DNA from: Parasitella parasitica NRRL 2501
Lineage: Eukaryota; Fungi; Mucoromycota
DNA: 64,000 nt
Assembly (NCBI GenBank): GCA_025201805.1
Contig: MU619288.1
Span: 137,123 to 201,122 of the forward strand
Direction of reading: 5' to 3'
Shown here: in pieces, positions 24,339-37,897 of the stretch
How positions within the stretch are numbered: the stretch's first letter is position 1
How the letters are laid out: the number at the start of each line of letters is the position of its first letter
Position numbers and translations under genes: made by a program
The notes under the pieces: model-generated
Seen by the model: only the letters and a program-made list of their open reading frames with translations
The model's database searches: none
Told to the model about the DNA's origin: nothing

Positions 24339-27300
24339 TATTACATGTTCTACTGTACATTAATAGCTTATTCCTTGTCCTTGTATACAAAGAATTACCA
24401 ATCTAATAATTGCTTAATCTCATGCCTTTCTGGCACAACACCTGAAACCTTGCAAGAGGTCCAATTACAACTTGTAGTAGCTTATTCCTTATTTGTAAAG
24501 GAATTACCAACAATTAATATCATGATCCGTGCATTATGACTAAGTTAGATATGACATATGTAGCCTTTATATGGATACAACCATAAGTGAGCAGCAAACC
24601 TCTCATATTATCGTATATGTTCAGATACTGGACACAAAAATAAACCTGTACCATGCCTAAATAGTAGAAGAGATCTAGCTTTAGTGTATTATTAATAAAG
24701 CAAAAGAAGCAAGCCAAAAAGTATTGAATACTACCTTGACATTTACACCCAAACGACTTCATGCAAAAAAGTGATTCATACAAAGTATCTGATCTGCCAT
24801 AATTATAGATAGGAGATCATGGCAATGTACTTCAATTGAAGATTGAAGATTGTCCAATGATGTGATGTGATACGCTTGTGTAAATTGGAGAATAAAGTCT
24901 CTGTTTCAAATCAAGAAGGTTATTCCTGTAAGTAACACAGATCTGAGCACCAGGATAAAGGTTAAGGCTCTGTCAGATCAAAGACGTGTAGCCCTTGCTA
25001 TATAACCTCATATCGTACCCTGTCAAGTAGATTGTCACTGTGAATTAGTCTTGTCAATTAGTAATCTAAATAAGTCACCATAAATTTATGTAGTTGTAAA
25101 AAGTATAAATAGCAGATGCAATTTCGATCTTAAATAAAGTACCTTTAGTTTTCGTAGTACCTCGTTAACCTTTGGTTTTTTTATTATCTTTTTGATCCAA
25201 CAGTATCATCTTTAGCTATTGCCTATATTCAGCAGTAAATTAGTCAGTTATTTAGTTGCTACAAACAATTTAATGCACATAGCAATTGTTGTATCCATAG
25301 AATACCATGGTTACCACTATTACAACTCAGTTGTCATGGCAACCGTTCCTAATCGGATCTAAGGTTAAATGGCATCGATTATTCTATCTAGTAAATAGAA
25401 GTGTTCAATAGAATGTCTTGTATAAGAAACCATCTATTTGGGTTCTACTTATTCTAAATTGCGAAGCTCAACTTATCGATGAATGATTCACATTCATAAC
25501 GATTAGCTGATTAAATATAGAAATAGGTCTTGCTCTGACTACTACTGTGTTATAATCTTGTTTGACAATTAAATGTCAAACATGACCTGATTGTATTTTA
25601 TAGATTGATTTAGATAGATTTATTCTAATATAAACAGACAGCTTCTTGTCAATCAATAAATCAATAGTTTTGTATCTGGTAAACTAAGTCTTTATTACAT
25701 TCTTATATTTTTATATCACATACAATCACCTGCTGTGCTCATTTTCAAGACCTGGCACAACAGCAATACCATGCTCTCGTATGAGAAAGATTAAACTGAG
25801 TAGAGCCTCTATATATTATTGACAAAAGAATTAATAGTTTGTTGGGATAAACTCGAATACATACCATGATGACAGCAATACACAAAAGATGTTGGGAATG
25901 ACTTCTTTACACTAAGCTATACTGCAAGCTATTCCTTGATGAAAGAGAAGAAGCTACAATTTTTTATGATAAAACTGCAGATACGTGAAGATGTTATTAC
26001 TCTGTATAATGTACTTATTATATTTGGCACAAATGTGCTAATATTGTGTGTTTTTTAAGTTAAAATATCAGTTTATAAAGTTGTAAAATTAGTGAAAACA
26101 AAAGAAAAAGACCAAGGAGAAGCTAACAACAAAGAAGCTAAAATATGCATTCGGTCATCACAATATATGCAATGTTTTGGGCTAACCATGCAGGAAGAAG
26201 CCAATGGAAAAACACCGTTACAAGAGGTCACCTCAACAATTGAAAGCAACCATGTACAAAACAAAATATATACTTTATTCAAGAATATTGCTACTGGTGC
26301 TAGCATTATTACCACCAGTGTCTTCTTCAACATCTTGAACAACACTTTGGTTAGAAATAGGTATTTCTTCGTCACTTTTTGCTTTCAGATGAACATTTGT
26401 ATAATCGTGCGAGCATAAATAAACTTTTACTCAAAACAGATGCAATCTTTGGAATGCAATATCTTAACAAATATTTGGTAACAAATGTTACTACAGCACA
26501 AAAAAAACCCGAAATGTTTCAGAAATAATTGATGTATATTTCAGATATTTCAATACAATAAAAAAATACTTGTAATAATTCACAGCTTTCAACTGTATCC
26601 GAACAATAAAAGAAGTATATCGTTTATTATGATATAAATACAGGGTATTTATATCTGTTTTAATATACGAAATAGATATACAATTAAAATTGGATATATT
26701 TATTCGTATATAAAAAATAAGATGATTCTTCTCTACACAACATTTGCCTAGACTATTTATACTTTTCGAGTGCTGACATCGGTTGCATGCTTGTGGAATC
26801 GAGGCTTAATAAACTTGCAACAGATAGAACCAATTACTAGCCATGTGCTGCTAGTACAAGTAATAATCGTAAACCAGTTATTATCAGAAGGAGACATGAA
26901 GGATTGTGGTCTTGAGAAAGAGTATAATCGCCTTGTGGTATAAAGGATTTCTAATGAGTGTAACCATGGTATAATACTTTTGCATAATTGTGAGAATACC
27001 CAAGTTGGATCTCAGGCACAACATCAACTCAACAACCCACCTCGTTTAGCCTTTACATCCTAAACAATATCTTCAATTATTTACTACAACTGAGATGGTA
27101 GCTGTAATAACCAATAGATTAATGTGATAGTATGTTGTCACTGTTGATGAACGAATAGAAAATACACCGTGTTATTGTCAATTGGTTTGATATGTTTCAT
27201 TGTTGAGATTGATCCAAGAATATGAGCGCTGATGTAACATTTCAAATAGTTTGTTCGCACCTTGACATTTGAGAGCAAGTCCGCATATCTTGTTAATGTC

Positions 27301-28231
27301 ATGGCAGCCGAGACATTATTGCGATATCCAATGATCGTTGAGAAATTATACTGATTCGTATCTGATACAATCATATAATATATTTGCAGTAAATCAGCAA
27401 GCGTAGTACTTGTAGGAATTGATATAGTACAGATGTAGCAGTGCGTATACATCAGAAATAATATTATATAATTAAAAATGAGCTATCTCAACTTTTTTTT
27501 TATAAACGCACATTCTGGGGCAAAATCATTTATGTCCTCACAAGCACATAAATGCTCCCATGACCCTAATAATATTCCCATTTGAGCACATTTATGTTCA
27601 CCGAGAGCATCCAGGAGGCCATAGTGTGGAACTCTGACGAGATCCCGCAGGACGAGTTGCCATTTCAGCATAAGTGGTCTTGCTATTAATTTCGTTGTTG
27701 TTGATTTTTAAAGACATTGTTATTAATTTGTTAAAATGTAAAGTGTAAAAATTTTAAGATGATTTAAAGAAGTGTTATGTCAAAAGTCTGATAAAATAAT
27801 TCTGTCAAAGAATTATTACACTTGTATTCACAATACATCGAGAGATGTATTATATACACATTCATTACACTAGGATTCTACTGTCTAGCTGCATAATGTA
27901 AATCATGACTACCCATGATTTACTGTAAGACCCTGGGACTGGTCTGAGACCTTGCCATGTTATTGATATAACAATGATCTTCTCCTATCTATAATAATTA
28001 TGGCAGATCAAAATCTAAGCAAGAAATGCCTGAAAACGGCCAAGAAATTCTCTTTTCCTTGTTATTTATTAATGATTAAAGTAATAATAAACGCGAATTT
28101 AATTGTGCAATTAAAATACATCAATCATTTCCTGGTCCAGGAAATGAACAGAGCATTCTAATTTCTTGGCGTGCCACAAAACAAAGTTAAATGGATACAT
28201 AGATGTTTCAAAACAACAAACAGTATGAAAA

Positions 28232-28313
28232 GCTTCAATGGCCGAGTGGTCTAAGGCGATACGGTTAGGTCGTATTCTCGAAAGAGGCGCGAGTTCAAAT
28301 CTCGTTTGGGGCA
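28232..28313 (+). tRNA. tRNA-Leu (anticodon UAG), intronless
   Basis: Acceptor stem GCTTCAA/TTGGGGC, D-arm GCCGAGTGGTCTAAGGC, anticodon arm ATACG-GT TAG GT-CGTAT, variable arm CTC-GAAA-GAG, T-arm GCGAG-TTCAAAT-CTCGT, discriminator A, downstream T6 terminator. Confidence 0.93.
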
Positions 28314-30278
28314 ACATTTTTTACTTTTGAAAGTGGTGTATGGAGTGTAACTTTTTTTGGCTCATTAAAGCTAGGCGGCCTTTGTTGTGTCGTGATAATT
28401 GTAACTTCAGTAAGGCAAATATATGTATCAGTTAAGAGATGATTCAACTTGACATATGATCTACTATTTACATTGTTTTGAATTTGAGTGTCAAAACTAA
28501 TGTACGACAGTTGACTATCTTCAGAAGACTCTTTTGACCATACTATGAATGCCTAAAGACTTCGGAGATGTCAGGTTTGTACTGGCTTTGTATGTAACCT
28601 TTTAGTCAATATAAATATATTCAAAGTACAAAAAAATAAATGGGAACCTTTTATCTCTGAAAATATCTTATACTTATATCATATAATAACCTCATCTCTG
28701 CTCGCGACAGATGTCTGAATTTCTTTCGTTAGGGTTTATTTTATGAGCCAAAATAAAGAATGTTTCATTTAACACTGGATGCCAGAGAAACTACGTAATT
28801 AAATTTCCTTTTAGCAAAATTCATTTGTCGTCCCTTTATGAACGTTAGGAGGCCAATAAATTTTAGGTTGCTCAGTAAAATAGTTTCATAACAATACAAA
28901 CAAATGTGCACTTTGATTTTAAGTGAGTTGTAAGGTTCTATCATTATACACAGAATGTGCCGATTTCTCTACTTCTTATCATTCTCAAACAGAGTTTAAT
29001 TGAAATTCGTTCATTATGCAAAGCTATTTCATATCGTTTAATTCTTTACTTCTTTATTTCTAACGACTTCTGCAATCATTTTTTTCAAATCGTATGCACA
29101 CATTTCGGAAAAAAAAAAGGCACATGCTAAATTTCAAATGGCACAAAAGATTTGGCACAACTAGTGTGCATAAGACTTGGCAAAAAGGTATATAAATTAT
29201 TTCTTGAATAGTTATTTTGGCCGAATATCAAGTTTTTTCAGAGCATGGTCTCCCCGTTCAAGCTTATTAAAAAGTTTGGCTATACAGGACAAGTTTTTAT
29301 GTGGAACTTCCGGCTTTAAGGATCAGGGACAAGCTTCATTTCGTGAATAAAGCACAATAAACACGATTGCATGAATTCATTGCCAAATGAGAATATCAAT
29401 AGTAAAAAAAACCATAATCCCGCCAAACAAAATGTATACACTTGCATATTCAATTCAGCTACTTTAAAGCTTGAATTGACGCATCAAGTTTTTTGCAAAC
29501 TTGGATCGTTGCCGTAGTTTTTTCTTCTTTTCTTTCTTTTCGTATCAACACCATGTTACGACTTCTTGGAAAGTATTATGAAGATAAAGATACCACACTT
29601 TTTACCGAATTTCTAATTCATCTTCTGGACGTATTTATATGAATCAGCATTATGTACTAATGCCTTGATGTACGACTGCATGTGATGTAAATCACGCACA
29701 TTGGCCGTCGCCGCTCGATCTGGCTACAAGCCCTATAGCATGTTATTGATATGATAATTACCTCTTACCTTGCCCAACAACATTAAAGAATGGAAACAAA
29801 CAGCTAAATATGTTGAGAAGTTGAAGCTCCTAGAGTAAGTGATTTATATTGCCCTTTTCGTAGGGTAAATATATCTGAAAGCGCTCATTTTATAGTTTAC
29901 TGTATTACAACATTCTTGACTTTACAAGTATGAAAGAAGACGATGGCTCTCGTCTAGTTCTTGGTTCTTATTTCGAAATTAGTTATTCGCCAATCTAAAA
30001 AAAATTCACGATTAGCGCGAGACATGTTGATCAGAAATGTAAGCATATAGAGCGGTTGTAATTACTTTATTTACTTAAATGATAATAGGGCTTAAATCTG
30101 ACGACATGGATTTAAATTCGAGATTAGAACCAACAAAAAGGTATATGAACTTGTACTCTGATATTTATTTGTTGTTTTTTAGTTGTGCCAGAATGGCTTG
30201 AAATTAAGCAATTGCATAATATTGGCAACTCTTTGTATACAATGACAAGGAATAAACTATCGACAATGTATAACAAGT

Positions 30279-30463
30279 AACTTGATTTTACATACCAAGT
30301 TCAATGTTCAGCCATGATAACAAATAGTGTTACAATAGAAATAGTTTAGTAAAAATGATGGAATTTCCTTATCAATAAAGTCATTAGTTTCTGTGTCTTA
30401 TATTTGTGTAATTATACAATTTCTTGAGCAGATTGTATTCTTATGTCCTCTGTGCATAACGTC
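30279..30463. repeat. Diverged ~190-bp repeat, inverted copy of 24147..24338
   Basis: Reverse complement aligns with 24147-24338. Confidence 0.8.
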
Positions 30464-31546
30464 TTATCAGTAATGCATCAGCACCAGCAGGGTAAAGTGC
30501 GTAAAAGTTGTTTGTTATGAGTTAGTTTATGGCTACAAAGTCAATTGACTTTCAGATCAATGTTGGCAAAAAAAAAAAAAAAAAAAAAACTGCTTAACGG
30601 CAATCAAGGACAATAGTAAAATAAATATCCCAATCTAAAACTGTTGTTAAAGAGTATATGGTTTTTTACTCCCTGATTTGCGATTCTCTTAAAAAGAGAT
30701 TTACAAAAGGCAAGATTATATACCATTCATGGAAAGATAGGGTCGAGTAAAAAAACTCATTTAGATTGTCTTATTGCGAAAATAATCAAATATTGAAAAA
30801 AAGAAAATACTAATAAAAGCTGACAATTTTCCGGACATAAATTTGGATATTTTATTAATTGACTGAAAAGTTGCTTATAAACTATGTTAACTAAATCTAC
30901 ACGAATCTATGAAAATAATCAGATCATGCTTTAAAGCTTCGAAAAACTCAAATTGTACAAGAGAAAATTGAAGAAATTCAAAGGAAAGCGTCAAAGATTA
31001 GATAATTGACAGCAAAAATTTCAATGGCACGCCTTAAAAGGGCTTATGGCGATAGAGTATCACTCTAACAATGTTTATCTTTTTAGCGCTTAACAAGGGC
31101 TTTCGAATTTAAGTCCAAAATATTCATCTTTAAGAAGGCCAGTATTTTACACAGAAACATATATGGTAAGCGTTGATAACGAGTTATCAACAACAAAAAC
31201 CTCAATAGCAATGCTTGTAAAGCAAGGAAAGGTTAGTGTCTTCTGATGTGGAGGTAGTCATTCACAGCCATTTACCGTTTTTAACAATTAAAATGAAGGA
31301 CTTCAACTCTTACATGCGACATTTTGTACTTCAATCATGCGGCGCTATTTTTCTTTTGAGGGCGATATCTTTTTAAAGCGATATCATTTTGGTAAAGACG
31401 GTACACAATGGAAACAATGAACTAGCTTTCATTATTGGGAGTTTTCTTTTTTGAATAGATTGATGTTTACAAACATGGTTGCAAAAGAGTATAGGGGGAT
31501 GTATAATTATAATATAGTACAGTTGTAACAAAAAAGGGTCAGTGAT

Positions 31547-32281
31547 CTAGTGAACATGGTCATCGAGGAGTCCCCCTAAAGCTCTAAAACGGCCAAATAC
31601 CATTTCACCAAGGAAGACACCAACAACAATAACAACAAAGAAACCACCGTTTCCAGTCATGACAACCATCATTAGTAAATAACTGACAAACGAACTGAAA
31701 GCAGTTAAGAAACTTCTAACGGTATCAGTTGACCAAGAGAAAGGCGGGACTATGGGTAATCTGAGTGAAATAGGGTATGCGTTTGGGTTGAATGATTGTG
31801 AAGACGAATCGTCTGTCGAGTTTGCTGATTTCTCGACATCGGTTTTAACAGTCTACAAGCAAAACTGTTAACAAGGGAAATGATGGTGATTGATTATACT
31901 TACATTGGGTTGAAGAGCTACCAACTGATTTCCAGCAATTCTATTGTCCCGAAGTCTTTTCCAGGCAATGAAATAAGCTTCGAGAGCTGGGAGTCCTCTC
32001 GAGAGAGTGGCAAAGAACAGCAATCCAAAGCATGCGCCAATATAAGCACCTTCAGATTTAGGAACCCATGCATCAAACCAAATACCATCACCAGAAGAGC
32101 TCCAATGAAAAGTGCCCATTGCCATAGACATGCTCATATCGCTCATATCCATACCAGACATGTCATGAGTCGTTGCTGCTGCTTCTGTTGCTGTAGTTGA
32201 TGCCGTGGAGGTTGCAATAGACATAATTGATGAGCTAGCACTAGCGCTCATATTTGCCATATTATGCATAGAATGATCCAT
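31547..32281 (-). CDS. Ctr-family high-affinity copper transporter, 1 intron
   Basis: Met/His-rich N-terminus (MDHSMHNM, HDMSGMDMSDMSMSMAM), W..W.PKS.GAYIGAC, YLLMMVVMTGNGG (MxxxM) and GVFLG (GxxxG). Confidence 0.93.
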
Positions 32282-33874
32282 TTTTTTTTTTTCACAAATT
32301 TAAAATATGTATTGTAAAGAGAAAAAAGAATCGAGTTTCCTCAAGATATGCACATTTGTATTTATAGACATTCCCCTTTCTCTTGACAGCTGGAGAGCGA
32401 TAATCGCGCACTAGACGATGTCATCAGCACTTTTGAAGATCTCGTTGTTACAAACGGAGTTCCGTTGGCAAAGCACACCAAAGATGAAATATTTAGTAGA
32501 AGGAAGCATAGTTAAACTTCATATTGATGCCAACTTAGACGTCAATTCTACCGTATTTTTTTTATTTTTTTATTGCATATTTCAGCTGTAATAAACATTC
32601 AAATCTTAAAGTGTAAACATTTTCTTCAAGGTTTCATTTCAACAAAAAAAAAAAATACGGAAATTATGAGCCGATAATACATTTTGTTTTTTCCCAGCAA
32701 ATTCTATTACCAATATTTGGTTGTACACATACAATTCTAGGCAAAAACAAAATAACTCTTACATTCCTGTTGCTAGTGTTTCCATTGTGGCCAAGAATGA
32801 AACTAGTGAAATTTATTGCAAAAAAGTGAGTAGTACTTTTACTAGATGTATATGCTGTGTAAGACTCCACAATAATGTACATTTTACCTTGCATCTGAGT
32901 TTTTCGTAGCAGCGAAAAGCTCTCGATTTAAGCCAATCATCAGTTTTTCCAGCTTTCGAATGCAGCCTATTATCAAGGTACTCAGATCTTGCGTTTCACT
33001 GTCTTTAAAAGCCCATGTTGTACCATACATAAGTGACGAATATACTACAGAATATATTATTAACATGCAGTGTCAAGTGTATGAATCAACGCACATTGGT
33101 CTCCTATTATGAATTCAAATTTAGGTGTACATTCAGTTCTCTAGCCAGTCATGATCAATCATTCTTATTGAGAATCAAAGCGTCGACTTCATCAAAATAC
33201 ATCTTTTGGATAGTTAAAGCTGTGAAACCGAAGTACTGCACAGCTCCAAAGTCGTCTCCAATTTTGGCCAACAAGAGCCTGTTTTCTCTTTATTTGTGCT
33301 TTTGTTAGGTCTTATACCACCCTTCATACACGTTGCTATTATCGTAGTTAATAAAAGTTGCGAAATTCATCATCTAATGCCTTTAAAAAGTAATGGAACT
33401 TCTCTACTTGGCTTTACAATTAAAAAAAAGACGACATTTATTCAGACGTTGGTTACTATACAGACTTGCCATATTTGGAAATATTTTGACATGTCAACTC
33501 CGATAATAAGTGGATATTGAATCAGCTGCAATTTTTGTCTAAGCGTGCAGTCCTTTAGTGTAAACTATGTCGGATTCTTTTAATAGGAGTTGTTTGTATA
33601 ATAGCAATATATTATCTGAATTTGGACTTCTTTACCGAAACCTAAAAAAGTATATGTATACAACGAAAAAAGCTAAGAATAAATGGTTATGATTGGCCAG
33701 CACTACAGGAAACCTTGTTTTGGTAAACTTCCAGCTCGTTCGAGCAACATAACCCTTCGTCGACGTCAGCACAACTACAAAGCCAGTGGCTTATCCAATT
33801 CTACATAAGATAATAAACTGCGCGTATACAACATTGTCTCTTTTCAACATATTCACAAAACTAATCTTACAAAG

Positions 33875-34743
33875 ATGGCTGAATATCTCGCTAGTATTTA
33901 CGGCACAGAAAAGGACAAGTGAGTTAAATATAGTTGACAATATTGTTAACAGTTTTACTGACAATCTATATTCCTTCAATAGAGTCAACTGTTCATTTTA
34001 TTTCAAGGTAAGTAATATTTTCTGTAAGTGTAGAAGGTAATTTATTAAAAATGTATTTATCAGATTGGTGCCTGTCGCCATGGTGATCGTTGTTCCAGAA
34101 AGCATGTTAAACCCACATTTTCACAAACGCTTTTGATCGCCAACATGTATAAAAATCCAGCACACGATCCAAATAACCACATGAACGAAACTCAACTCCA
34201 AAATGATTTTGATTTATTCTATGAAGATGTGTTTACGGAGCTTGCTAATTACGGTGAAATTGAAGAAATGGTTGTATGTGATAATGTGGGGGACCATTTA
34301 GTTGGTAATGTTTACTGTCAATTCCGTCTAGAAGAATCTGCTGGTAACGCAGTAACTAGCTTAAATAATCGATTTTACGCAGGTAATGTATCCGTTTTCT
34401 TGTTTACATCTCGTTCTTGTTATCTAATCTTTTCTGTGATAAAGGTCGACCATTGTATGCAGAATTATCACCAGTGACTGATTTCAGAGAAGCTTGTTGT
34501 AGACAGCATGAGATATCCGAATGTAATCGTGGTGGTTTTTGTAATTTTATGCATTTGAAACATCCTTCTCGCCAATTACGAAGAGAATTATATGAAGGAC
34601 AAAGATTGGACATAAGAGAGAAACGCAGAGAGGAAATGCGTCGTGAGGATGAAGAAAGAAGATCAAGAGATAGGGACTATCAACATGAGAGACCTGATTT
34701 CAAGGCTTCGCCTGAGAGATCTGATATCAAACAAGAGTATTAA
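33875..34743 (+). CDS. U2AF1: Splicing factor U2AF small subunit (U2AF35), 3 introns
   Basis: [15 protein letters not shown]|VNCSFYFK|[14 protein letters not shown]...[16 protein letters not shown]...CNFMH. Confidence 0.97.
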
Positions 34744-34815
34744 AATTGTAAAGTAGATTTTATTCCGAGTTGGTTTAGAATATATCAAAAAAATAAATAA
34801 TGCATTTATGCTTTT

Positions 34816-37001
34816 TCAATACGCTTCACCATATTGTTTTCTATTAATGTCACGAGTATTTTGAAATGGCACGACTGAGTCGGTATGTGATTGTCGATCG
34901 TATAGTGAACTGGAGCATGAAGAATCACTTGAAAGTACATGATTATGTTGCTTTGGAAGTGGAAGCAATTTAGGTACTCTTCCAATGATATTAGAATTTC
35001 TGCTTGTTTGTTGAATAATCTTGAAAAACTGCTTTTCATTGAAATATTTGAGAACTTGCCATGTAGGATTCAAAAAGGATAGCTTTCTTTCAAAGTATGA
35101 GAGTTTCTCTGTTTCCTGTTGTTAGAAATGAAATGTTTAATGCCATTGTATTAACCCTTACGTTTTCCGATGCCCCCATTTGATCTGATCCCATGAAGGG
35201 TCTTGAGTGGAGGAGCTAGTAGTCCTTTTGCTCCTTGAACAATGGGAGGTTTACCTTTTTCGATTCGACATATATTTCTTGCTATGCAAACGCCTGCTAA
35301 CGTTGCAGCATAAGCGGTCTTTTCTTCTTTTACATTTGTGGCATCTCCGCCAGCAAATACATGATTGTACTTCCAATGTTGCAATTGTAGCGTAGGCTTT
35401 ACTTTGATCAAGCCATTTTTATCTAGAAATTCTTCTAGAGACAATTCATTTATGCTCCTTTCAATAAACGCTGTATTGACTCTGACGCCTGTAGCCATAA
35501 AAATAGTGTAATCATGGCTGGAATAGATGCTCCCGCTTGATCCCGTGTAATGATAAACACCTTGTGTGGAATGAGCTTTCATTTTTTCATTCAATATGCT
35601 ATTCACTCCAAGGCTCTTGAGAAACTTTTCGGCGTTTTTTCTTTGCTTGTCATCCCCTCTATATATAATTCTATCTCGAGCTTCTACCAAGGTAACCTTC
35701 TTTTTTGGAATTGAGGAATCAAATATTTTTTCGGCAATGGAGGCAGCTAACTCACAGCCTACTAAGCCAGCACCTATATGTAAACTGCATGAGTTTATCT
35801 TATTTCATACCTCATTCAATGAGCGTTTTACCTATTATTAGAATCTGTTTGGCCTTTCTGATTTTGTCAGCTATACTATTTAGCCCTGCTGCTCTGTATA
35901 TGGTTGATGAATGACTGGATTTTAATTGTCCAGCATAAGAGCTGCCAGTAGCTATGACTAAATAATCAAAGCGAATCTAAAATCTGATCAATACTACTCG
36001 TTATTGTACTCAATCAAAACCTGAAGTACCTTTTCGCCATTCACTTTGACCCATTTAGAATCTTGGCATATACCTTCAGCCCACCCGATAATGATTTTTC
36101 CATTTTTTATATAAGTATCATGAGTAAATCGCAATGATGATGTCGTTTCAGGGTAGACAATTTTAGTTATGATATGAGGCGTATATTCAAGTGAATCTAG
36201 CTAACAGTTAGTGTATTATCTTAGCTATAAGGGGTAAATTTACCTTTTGTATCGATGAGAGTGACATGAAATAATGGCATAGGGTCCAAAATGGATGCCA
36301 CTGTGAAGCCCTTTGAAATCATTATTAGCAGTCGATAAAACTTTGAATGTGTTCGCTTAATTACAGTAAAGCCTCCGCCAATAATGACTACTCGTTTCTG
36401 TGCAGAAGTAGCCGAAATACAGCTTAGTTTACTTTGTTTTGAACTGGCAGTAGCTAGTGGTGATGATAAGAATTCGTTTAACTTGGTCATCTAAGTATAT
36501 TACGTTAATTAACTGGCATTTATCTTTTAATACAAGCTTACGAGCATTGCTAATACTTCTTCTTTAGTTTCTTTCAGTATATCTAGTGCTTGTTCCCGAG
36601 TAAATGTCGCCCATTGTATAGTCAAGATCTTTGCTTTGACTAGTTTTTGTGTCTTGACATTTATTTCTAGTGGTGCATCCACAGCGATAAATGTATGATA
36701 GATACTGTGGGTAAATGGATAAATTTAGCTGTGGTTGTGATATGCTTAGGAGAAATATATACCGTTTAAACATCTCTTCCACATCTTCAGATGTCTTTAC
36801 TAGATCATGCTGTAGCTGATCTATGGCCTCAATGAACAACAGATTTTCTTGGGCCCATGATTTTATCAAGTACGACTCGAATGAACTCAACAAAATCGGA
36901 TCTTTCAATACTTGATGCAAACTGGTATCATTTTTTCCAACTAATAGACTTTTCAAAGAATCTTTTGAGAGATTTCCTGTCTTGAGATCCATTTTTATCA
37001 T
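34816..37001 (-). CDS. RGS domain fused to an AIF/AMID/FSP1-like FAD/NAD(P)H oxidoreductase, multi-exon
   Basis: RGS: LHQVLKDP..LSSFESYL...WAQENLLF...IYHTFIAVDAPLEINV...EVLAML|MTKLNEFLSS. Oxidoreductase: RVVIIGGGFT|G, FDYLVIATGS, IGAGLVGCELAA, VKPTLQ and VFAGGDAT. The joining intron 36491-36541 is GT-AG, phase 0. Confidence 0.82.
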
Positions 37002-37897
37002 ATATTTGATAATGAATAGTGTAGGAAAAGAAAGAAGAATACCGAATAGAAAACGATTTCAAAACTGAAACAGTTGTTAATTTTTTTTTTTTTTTTTTAT
37101 GTTAAATCAAAGGTAAATTCTAAAGAGACTCATATTTTGGTTTAGTTTTCCCTTCATTTGTATAATAATAATTATTTTGTCAACAATAAAGAGATTACTG
37201 GCTCCAAGGCATTGTTTCTCTATTCAATGTATATACATCAATACAAAATTTGTTTTAAGGGAACTCAAATTGACAATCGACAATATAACCAGATCTATCA
37301 AAAATATATCTTTCCGCCAGCCAGTTTCCTATTTAAAACTACATTTGGAACCTTTTGCTTCTTTTCCCTTCATTAAAACCCAAACGCTGTGCATCACTGC
37401 TAAAACAATCAAAAATTAATTCCGTACAGTTCAAAGCATAATCTACTATATTTATTAAGGTACTGAAGCTTATATGTTAAACCATGAAAACTTGCCATTC
37501 AACTAATCTACTAAATGGTTCATAATACTTTACGCTGTTCCTCTAAACCTTTTGGTTTTCAGCAGGCTGTCCCAGAATGGTCTATTTAGAGAAATTGCAC
37601 GCTGCATTATTGCTATATCAAACTGTTGTGATTCTTTTCACAAGGCATGTAAAAAATTGAATAGACATATTAATGTTCTCTTCACTTGACTCATATTGAC
37701 ATCAAAGGTGATTAATAGCTACTGGATACACAACCATTGCGAGGTCCTCCTCTTGCGTTATTTGACCAATCATTCTTTCCAGTACTCTCCATCTTCATTG
37801 GTCAAGTGCCTTTCCAAAAGATGCGATTATCGCTTTAAATTCCCAGATTACATCTCGTTTGGACGTAAACACTTTGTTTTCTCGAGTATCAATTAAT

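Noticed and set aside
24147-30463. Single 6.3-kb TIR transposon bounded by the inverted 190-bp repeats
   Set aside because: The copies are substantially diverged, no TSD or transposase is evident, and a host tRNA lies between them. Independent insertions are equally likely.
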